From contig OY282353.1 in NCBI GenBank assembly GCA_958295465.1, forward strand, positions 5,515,664 to 5,579,663: 64,000 nt of DNA, given 5' to 3'. Below the pieces are notes generated by a model. That model ran no database searches. It saw only the letters and a program-made list of their open reading frames with translations, and had not been told where the DNA came from. Below are positions 18,493 to 25,222 of this stretch, piece after piece; the first letter of the stretch is position 1; each line of letters opens with the position of its first letter. The DNA comes from an uncultured Gammaproteobacteria bacterium (GTDB lineage Bacteria > Pseudomonadota > Gammaproteobacteria > HK1). A program made the translations under genes and the position numbers.

Positions 18493-20366
18493 AACTCGAC
18501 TCCGTATTCTTCGGCAAAAGCTATCCACCGTGGCCAGAATTTATCATGAGACGGCAGACATTTGGCCAACATATTGGATGTCTGTACCACTTTTTCCTTT
18601 GTGGCTTTCTCTTTATGTGCCTGCAGATCTTTCGCCTTCTGGATCGCTTTCTCTGCATCCCGGGATCGTGCTTGGCCTAGCTGAAATACAGGAGACGTAA
18701 GCCAGGAAGATACATCACCGTATTTCACAAATGGCAGTTCTTCCATGGTGATCTCTCCAGATTCCAGAATATCCAAGTGAATGAAGGCGTCCTTTTCGGA
18801 TTCGAAAATGCTTTCCGCTGAAGCGACTACCAAGGGAGAATGAGTTGAAATTATGAGTTGAAGGTTGAGATCTTTCTCTAGGTAGGTACTGACCGAGGAT
18901 AAAGCAGGAAGCACTTCTCTTTGCCATTTCGGATGAAGATGAGCCTCCATTTCGTCCACCAGAACAACCATCCGATTTTCTCGTCTGCGTCGCGCCAATT
19001 TTGCTGCAATCAGATGCTCATTCCAAGCCCAAACCATCAAATAGGATAGCGCCAATATCCGCTTGATACCCGCGGAAGCATAGAGTACCGGTGTGGTGCC
19101 GCATCTGTGTATAACTGTTGGTATTTCTCTAGGATCGCCTGGAATTCGCACGCTGTCTCCAGTCCTCAATTCGCCCAAGTCCGGAGGCGATAAGCGTGCC
19201 AAGACCTTTGACAGCATTTCAAAAGGGTATTTATCCGGTGCATTTTGCCATTTTATCCAATCTCTGACCAAGCCTTCATTTCTATCTTTCTGGCCGTTCC
19301 ATATGTTGTCACTAGATAGCGTGTATAAGCCATCTTCTGGAGCTCTATCGCTTGCCGACTTGATCGGGTCCCATACCGCGAAAGAACCATCGACTCTTGC
19401 GTAGATTACCAATCCGGGAATTGTATGCCGATTGCCGTCGGAATGTGGCCATCTGAACTGTTTCCGGTCATAGTATATTTTTGGATGTGTTCTGCGGGAT
19501 TGATACGAGCCCTGTATGTCGAATTCAATGTAAACTTGATCAGAATCCAGGTTAGGAAACGCTGGGCGATCAGCCCAATTCCCGGTTAAAGCCCACCACG
19601 CACATTCCATTAAAAACGACTTACCGAGACCATTATCTCCTGTTATAATTGTCATCCGGCCTGCCGGACGAAACAGCATGTCGGAAGTTGGTCCTGTACC
19701 ATGTACATGAAGAAATACCAGCGCTCCACCACGTTCGGGATTTGCGTCAGGTGGTGGCTGAATTTCCTGCTTTAGGGCATTCCAATCGGATACTGCATCA
19801 TGGAACAGCATCTCGTTCTGATGGTCAGGAAGTTCTACGGAAAACAGCCTCTCACGTTCTTCTGACGTGATGTGGTATTCTTCGATAAATCGCGATGTTA
19901 TCGTATTTAAATCATCACTTGGTATCCACTCTTCCGATCGATACAACCACACTGCTAACGCCCAAGCTGGAATTCGCTGCCCTCTGACCCTTCTCTCCAA
20001 TATCTCTGACACCACATCCAGATAGTATGTCCTCCAGCCCCAGGTTGTACTTCCTCGATCATGCAAGAATGCATCCCCGAATGTCTGAGTATTAATCGCC
20101 TGTAAACCACTGGATGGATAATCATGTTTCAGCCAATATTTCGTTGACTGGGTCGAGTGGAAAGGTTGAAAATAGAATTTTGAATCCGAAGCCAGTTTAT
20201 GGTGAATGTCCATATGTTTCCGGGTAAAAGTATTCATTGGGAAATGAATCGAACCATCGATTGGTAGTTTTTTGCGTTTACATACAAGAAAGGTGATCCC
20301 GTGAAACGGATGAATCCGTTTCAATTCCCCAATCGATTTGAGTATCAATTGTGTCGAGAGGTACAT
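18489..20366 (-). CDS. ABC/AAA_21-type ATPase, PtuA-like, with ~210-aa uncharacterised N-terminal domain
   Basis: Walker A IITGDNGLGKS (around nt 19640), signature-like SAGIKRILAL, Walker B MVVLVDEMEAHLHP and H-loop ISTHSP. I prefer the ATG at 20366, 4 nt after the MTase stop. The alternative is a TTG at 20432. Confidence 0.7.
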   Translation of the reverse strand: MYLSTQLILKSIGELKRIHPFHGITFLVCKRKKLPIDGSIHFPMNTFTRKHMDIHHKLASDSKFYFQPFHSTQSTKYWLKHDYPSSGLQAINTQTFGDAFLHDRGSTTWGWRTYYLDVVSEILERRVRGQRIPAWALAVWLYRSEEWIPSDDLNTITSRFIEEYHITSEERERLFSVELPDHQNEMLFHDAVSDWNALKQEIQPPPDANPERGGALVFLHVHGTGPTSDMLFRPAGRMTIITGDNGLGKSFLMECAWWALTGNWADRPAFPNLDSDQVYIEFDIQGSYQSRRTHPKIYYDRKQFRWPHSDGNRHTIPGLVIYARVDGSFAVWDPIKSASDRAPEDGLYTLSSDNIWNGQKDRNEGLVRDWIKWQNAPDKYPFEMLSKVLARLSPPDLGELRTGDSVRIPGDPREIPTVIHRCGTTPVLYASAGIKRILALSYLMVWAWNEHLIAAKLARRRRENRMVVLVDEMEAHLHPKWQREVLPALSSVSTYLEKDLNLQLIISTHSPLVVASAESIFESEKDAFIHLDILESGEITMEELPFVKYGDVSSWLTSPVFQLGQARSRDAEKAIQKAKDLQAHKEKATKEKVVQTSNMLAKCLPSHDKFWPRWIAFAEEYGVEL

Positions 20367-20370
20367 GATT

Positions 20371-21357
20371 TCAACGCGAGCGCAATTGACTTGCTGCGTA
20401 TTCGCAGAAATTCGTATTGAGATCGATACCAACCGCTGGATGTCCTAGCTCCAAAGCCACACGAATTGTTGTGCCTCCTCCCAAGAATGGATCCAGTACC
20501 AAACCACTTGGTTTGCAACCAATCTCAAGACACCGGCGTACCAATAAATCTGGATATGGAGCGGTATCGAGGCGTCCGTTGTTCTTAGGTCTAGCTGCGA
20601 TGGTCCACATATCCTCTTCGACCTTTTGATCGATCAAGGGCTGTTTATTGAAATAATAATATCTGTCTTTCGAGAACATGAAAACGTATTCGTAGCTGCG
20701 ACTGGGCCGATCACGGACTGGTTCAGGTAGCCTGTTTTCTCTATGCCAAATAATCGGGCTTCGAAGGGTCCAGCCACTAGCCACCAGACTGATGGCTACT
20801 CTCCAGGGTATACCGATTAACGACTTTCTAGACAATCCTATCCCCATTCCTCCGCTCTTATCGACAGCTCTGATACCAAATCTCCGTTTTGTACTCTTCC
20901 TATCAATACCTTGAGATTCTCCTTTTCCTGAATAATACGTATCACCTAGATTTAAAAATAGCAAGCCATCTTTACGCAAAATACGATAAATTTCATTCAT
21001 TACTTTTGTGATGTTGTCAACATATTCCTGAACTGAATTTTCCACTCCAAGTTGACGTTCTGCGCCATAATCTCTTAGCCAAAAATACGGTGGAGAAGTG
21101 ACTACGCAATGTACACTTTGATCGGGAAAATCCCGAAGAACTTCTACAGCATCTCCGTTGTAAATCCCCCAATTTAAATCGTAAACTGTTCCTTCCCAAC
21201 GAGAGTTTTTGAAGATGACGTCAGATTTCTTCGCAATTATTGCTTCTTCCGTCCCGGTATGAACATTGTCATGGAGCTCAGTTGAGTGTCGGTTCTCCGA
21301 TGATCGGATAGAGACAGGATATTTTTCCTGGCACAATTTTCCGCTTGAAGTATTCAC
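20371..21357 (-). CDS. Beta-class N4-cytosine/N6-adenine DNA methyltransferase
   Basis: Motif IV VVTSPPYF precedes motif I VLDPFLGGGTT. This IV-before-I order defines the beta class, and SPPY is more typical of m4C enzymes. GTG start at 21357. Confidence 0.85.
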   Translation of the reverse strand: MNTSSGKLCQEKYPVSIRSSENRHSTELHDNVHTGTEEAIIAKKSDVIFKNSRWEGTVYDLNWGIYNGDAVEVLRDFPDQSVHCVVTSPPYFWLRDYGAERQLGVENSVQEYVDNITKVMNEIYRILRKDGLLFLNLGDTYYSGKGESQGIDRKSTKRRFGIRAVDKSGGMGIGLSRKSLIGIPWRVAISLVASGWTLRSPIIWHRENRLPEPVRDRPSRSYEYVFMFSKDRYYYFNKQPLIDQKVEEDMWTIAARPKNNGRLDTAPYPDLLVRRCLEIGCKPSGLVLDPFLGGGTTIRVALELGHPAVGIDLNTNFCEYAASQLRSR

Positions 21358-21371
21358 TGTCCCGTCTCCAT

Positions 21372-21920
21372 TTAACCCAGCGTACTATGCTTTCTTTGTA
21401 TCTGAACCGAATGGTGGGCTCCACTATAGGTCAAAAGGGATCTGACATCAACGCACTCTCCGGCCAAGCCAAACACCTGTAGAGTGGTATTTTCTTCTTC
21501 TACATCCCCACAGTCGCCGCGTGTTGTCGTCGACGCACAAGCCATGTGGTTGTATCCGGTCATCCGTCGTGAGGCAGGCTGCATTTCACCCCATCCGCGA
21601 CGACGTGCACATTGTCCGATGTGGACCCTGCCAGTATTTTCGGATGTGTCGATTTCGCAAGGCACACTTCCGGAATGTACTGCAAGAAAGTCCACCCGGG
21701 ACAAGCATGAACCCATGCAGCTATCCAATTCGATTAAGATCCCGGCAGGATTCTTGACCGGCTCCTTATGGCGGAACCATGACGTCATAAGGACAAGATG
21801 GTTCCGCATCTGGTTGGGATGGTTCCGGTCGACGGCAGCAAGATCGGCGATGACTCCGACGCGGCGGACGTAGGTGATGGAGCCGAGGAGCGCGACATGC
21901 ATGGTAGCGGGATCAGTCAT
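21372..21920 (-). CDS. Hypothetical Cys-rich protein, first gene of the putative defence operon
   Basis: 182-aa ORF whose stop lies 11 nt before the MTase start, on the same strand. I recognised no motif family. GC is intermediate. Confidence 0.3.
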   Translation of the reverse strand: MTDPATMHVALLGSITYVRRVGVIADLAAVDRNHPNQMRNHLVLMTSWFRHKEPVKNPAGILIELDSCMGSCLSRVDFLAVHSGSVPCEIDTSENTGRVHIGQCARRRGWGEMQPASRRMTGYNHMACASTTTRGDCGDVEEENTTLQVFGLAGECVDVRSLLTYSGAHHSVQIQRKHSTLG

Positions 21921-22237
21921 TGCGGAAGCGTTTCCAGGATGGTAGCAGAAAATCGAGGACCGCTCGCCGTGTGTCTGGAATCTGTGTCATCGCCATCCCA
22001 CATCTCACTGTCCGTTCGGTGTCGGAGCATAGGTTCTAGCGGACAGTGGGGATGTTAGCAGTTTCTCGGACACGCATCTTCGGAATGTAGCGCTTTTCGT
22101 GTAGGCGCATGGCGCTACTGTGGAAGGAATCCAGCGACGATGAACAGCGCCACGCTCGTCCACGCGGTGCCGTAGTCGCATCAGCGCTGAACCGCCCCGG
22201 GTGTTCCGGAGACTACAATCGTCGAGTCCTCGAGAGA

Positions 22238-22915
22238 CTGGGCCGGCTGGAGCGGGACCGCTCACGGCTCTCGCGCGACGAGACCGCGAGCGACGAGGAC
22301 CGTGATTCCGTGGAGCGGACGATCGCAGCGGTCGAGGCGGAGATGGCCGCGATCGAGGCGAGCATCCCGGCGGCCTGGGAGGGCGCGAGATCGCGTTACG
22401 TCGAGCTCCTGGACGCCCAGAAGAAGGCCCGCCGCGAGTATCGGCAGAGCGTGGACGAGGCGTACCAGACCATCGCGGATCTGCGGGTGCTGATCGCGGA
22501 CGTGGACGCACTGCGGGCGTTCGAGCCGACGCTTTCGAGCCTCGAAGGCGTGGTCGCAAACGAACCGCCCGAGCAGGCGATGGACATCATCAAGGCGGCG
22601 GAGCGCGAGCTTGGCAAGGTGGCGGGGAGCGGCCGGGTCAAGGGGAGGTTGTCCAAGGCCCGCCGGGCGTTGCGCGGCAACTCACCGGATCCCGGGAAGG
22701 CCGCGGGGTTCCTGGCCGAAGCGCGCGAGCGCTATGCGGAGGAGGTCGCCTGGCGGACCCGCGCCGCGCAGGAGCTGATGCCGGGGCTTTCGGCCTACGA
22801 CGACGCGATCCGGCACAGCATCGGCCTGCGCGTCCAGGAGCGGCTCACGAAGGACCAGGCGCGCCTGGTCGCGCAGTGCCAGTCGGTGCACCGCGACATC
22901 TCGCTGTACTTCTGA
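22238..22915 (+). pseudogene. Orphan duplicate of the dctM 3' end (direct repeat copy 2)
   Basis: Encodes RLERDRSRL...QCQSVHRDISLYF, colinear with the end of dctM. There is no permease part upstream, and the upstream frame (from 22109) is unrelated sequence. Confidence 0.85.
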
Positions 22916-23003
22916 GGGTTTTCCCCGCGGGTGTTGCACGTTCGGGCGACGGGGGGCGACCGGTGGCCGCCGGCGTGCATTCATGCACCGAACCGGGGAC
23001 GCC

Positions 23004-23261
23004 TCACGCTGCCTGCCTTCGCCGCTCCTGCGCCAGATCGTAAGACGCTTGCAGGCGCATCCAATACTCGGCGTTGCTCCAACCGATGCGCTCCAGCGCC
23101 AACGCCATTCTGGGCGAAATGCCGATATGTCCATGCAGCAGCCGCGAGAGCGTATTGCGCGTGACGCCGAGACGGGCGGCAGCTTCCGTTATCGTCCAGC
23201 CGACCGCCTCCAGACTGTCGATGAGCGTCTCGCCGGGATGCGGAGGATTGAACATGGGCAT
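23004..23261 (-). CDS. higA: HigA-family antitoxin (XRE HTH)
   Basis: 85 aa. [39 protein letters not shown] is typical of the HigA/VapI antidote family. It lies directly downstream of higB. Confidence 0.85.
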   Translation of the reverse strand: MPMFNPPHPGETLIDSLEAVGWTITEAAARLGVTRNTLSRLLHGHIGISPRMALALERIGWSNAEYWMRLQASYDLAQERRRQAA

Positions 23262-23273
23262 GGTGCGTGTCCT

Positions 23274-23546
23274 CTAGTGGTAATCGATCAGGTCCACGTC
23301 CACCGCCTCGCCATCGACGAAGCGAAAGACGATCCGCCAGTTTCCGGAGATGCGCACGCTCCATTGACCGCGCCGGTCGCCTCGCAACGGATGCAGCCTA
23401 TAGCCGGGCCGGTCCATGTCCCCCGGTTCGCGCGCCGGCTCAAGTGCGTGCAGCACACGCCGAATGCGCTCGACATGGTCGGGGTTCAGCCGCCGGGCGT
23501 CGTCTCGTTCGTAGAGTCTCCGTAGCCCGATGTGCCTGAACTTCAT
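23274..23546 (-). CDS. higB: HigB-family toxin (RelE/ParE superfamily, plasmid maintenance system killer)
   Basis: 90 aa, MKFRHIGLRRLYERDDARRLNPDHVERIRRVL...GQWSVRISGNWRIVFRFVDGEAVDVDLIDYH. ATG at 23546. Confidence 0.85.
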   Translation of the reverse strand: MKFRHIGLRRLYERDDARRLNPDHVERIRRVLHALEPAREPGDMDRPGYRLHPLRGDRRGQWSVRISGNWRIVFRFVDGEAVDVDLIDYH

Positions 23547-23767
23547 GTAACCACACTCTGCCGCGCAACGCGAGATGTTGCGAGTACTCTTTCCGTACCT
23601 TTGTCCGACACCCACACTCAGCCGATGGCCGTATTCGGACGAGTCGTCGCGGCGGCGCGCCGATTCGCTATCGGGAGTCCACGGTGAGGGAGTGCCGGGA
23701 CTTATGGAACAGGCGGATCGCCCGAATGGTTGCAGGAATTTGCCGCGATGCGCCCGCCGGCCGGCGC

Positions 23768-24919
23768 TCAGTACGAGCGCGGGAGCCCGAGCACATGCTC
23801 GGCGAGGTAGCTCAGCACGAGGTTGTTGGAGATCGGAGCGATTCGATAGAGCCTCGTCTCGCGGAACTTGCGCTCGACGTCGTACTCCTCGGCGAAGGCG
23901 AAGCCGCCGTGGGTCTGCATGCACGTGTCCGCCGCCCGCCACGACGCCTCCGATGCGAGCAGCTTCGCCATGTTCGCCTCCGCGCCGCAGGGCTCGCCCG
24001 CCTCGAACAGCTCCGCGGCGCGCCCGCACATCAGGGCGGCCGCCTCGGTGGCGGCGTACGCCTCGGCGATCGGGAACTGGATCCCCTGGTTGCGGCCGAT
24101 GGGGCGGCCGAAGACGTTGCGCTCCTTCGCGTAGTCGCCGGCCTTGCGTATGAACCACCGGGCGTCGCCGATGCACTCGGCGGCGATCAGCACGCGCTCG
24201 GCGTTCATCCCGTCGAGGATGTAGCGGAAACCCCGGCCCTCCTCTCCTATGAGGCTGTCGGCGGGGATCTCCACATCGTCGAAGAAGACCTCGGTGGTCG
24301 AGTGGTTGATCATGGTGCGGATCGGGCGGATCTCCAGGCCCCTGCCCTTCGCCTCGCGCATGTCGAGGAGAAAGACCGAGAGGCCCTCGGTCCGCTTCTT
24401 CACCTCGCCGGCCGGGGTGGTCCGCGCGAGCAGGAGCATGAGGTCGGAGTGCTCGGCGCGCGAGGTCCACACCTTCTGGCCGTTGACCACGTAGTGCGAG
24501 TTCCCCTTCTTCACCGCGGTGGTGCGCAGGGCCAGCGTGTTGCTGCCGCTCGTCGGCTCGGTCACCCCGAACGCCTGCAACCGCAGCTCGCCGGATGCGA
24601 TTCCGGGCAGGTAGCGCCGTTTCTGCTCCGGGCTGCCGTGACGGAGCACCGTGCCCATCGTGTACATCTGGGCGTGGCAGGCGGCGCCGTTGCAGCCCGC
24701 CCGGTGGATTTCTTCGAGCACCGCCGCGGCGGCGGAGAGGGGCAGCCCGCTGCCGCCGTATTCCTCGGGGATGAGGATGGAGAGATACCCCGCCTCGGTG
24801 AGCGCCTGCACGAACTCCGTCGGGTAGGCCCGCTCACGATCGAGCACGCGCCAGTACCCGCCGGGGAAGCGTTCGCAGAGCTTCCCGACCGCATCGCGGA
24901 TTTCGGGCCAGTTCCTCAC
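23768..24919 (-). CDS. Acyl-CoA dehydrogenase family protein
   Basis: 383 aa with ACAD-fold motifs throughout (FGVTEPTSGSN, GRGFRYILDGMNAERV, RETRLYRIAPISNNL). The GTG start overlaps the upstream stop (GTGA). Confidence 0.9.
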   Translation of the reverse strand: MRNWPEIRDAVGKLCERFPGGYWRVLDRERAYPTEFVQALTEAGYLSILIPEEYGGSGLPLSAAAAVLEEIHRAGCNGAACHAQMYTMGTVLRHGSPEQKRRYLPGIASGELRLQAFGVTEPTSGSNTLALRTTAVKKGNSHYVVNGQKVWTSRAEHSDLMLLLARTTPAGEVKKRTEGLSVFLLDMREAKGRGLEIRPIRTMINHSTTEVFFDDVEIPADSLIGEEGRGFRYILDGMNAERVLIAAECIGDARWFIRKAGDYAKERNVFGRPIGRNQGIQFPIAEAYAATEAAALMCGRAAELFEAGEPCGAEANMAKLLASEASWRAADTCMQTHGGFAFAEEYDVERKFRETRLYRIAPISNNLVLSYLAEHVLGLPRSY

Positions 24920-25020
24920 CGTGGGCCTCCCCGCTCCATGCGCAGCCAGGCCGCGGTGCCGTCGCGGGCCACTTCGCAGAGCTTCCCGACCGCATCGCGG
25001 ATTTCGGGCCGGTGCCTCAC
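24916..25020 (-). other. Chimeric 34-codon mini-ORF 3
   Basis: GTGA overlap with mini-ORF 2 and with the ACAD start. Encodes MRHRPEIRDAVGKLCEVARDGTAAWLRMERGGPR. Confidence 0.3.
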
Positions 25021-25121
25021 CGTGGGCCTCCCCGCTCCATGCGCAGCCAGGCCGCGGCTCCGTCGCGGGCCACTTCGCAGAGCCTCTCGACCGCGTCGCG
25101 GATTTCGGGCCGGTGCCTCAC
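25017..25121 (-). other. Chimeric 34-codon mini-ORF 2
   Basis: GTGA overlap at both ends. Encodes MRHRPEIRDAVERLCEVARDGAAAWLRMERGGPR. Confidence 0.3.
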
Positions 25122-25222
25122 CGTGTGCCTCCCCGCGCCATGCGCAGCCAAGCCGCGGTGCCGTCGCGGGCCACTTCGCAGAGCTTCCCGACCGCATCGC
25201 GGATTTCGGGCCGGTGGCTCAC
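25118..25222 (-). other. Chimeric 34-codon mini-ORF 1 created by the tandem repeat
   Basis: GTG start overlaps the rhodanese TGA. Encodes MSHRPEIRDAVGKLCEVARDGTAAWLRMARGGTR: the ACAD N-terminus joined to the rhodanese C-terminus. Confidence 0.3.

Noticed and set aside
15988-22237. Searched the island for a reverse transcriptase or retron ncRNA (Septu is sometimes retron-linked) and for a tyrosine or serine integrase.
   Set aside because: No RT motifs (YxDD), integrase R..H..R..Y pattern or resolvase motifs appear in any frame. The only recombinase-like gene is the DDE transposase.
23274-24470. 398-aa ORF on the minus strand.
   Set aside because: Only its last 90 codons (from the ATG at 23546) form the HigB toxin. 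The upstream part is an alternate frame of the ACAD gene region.
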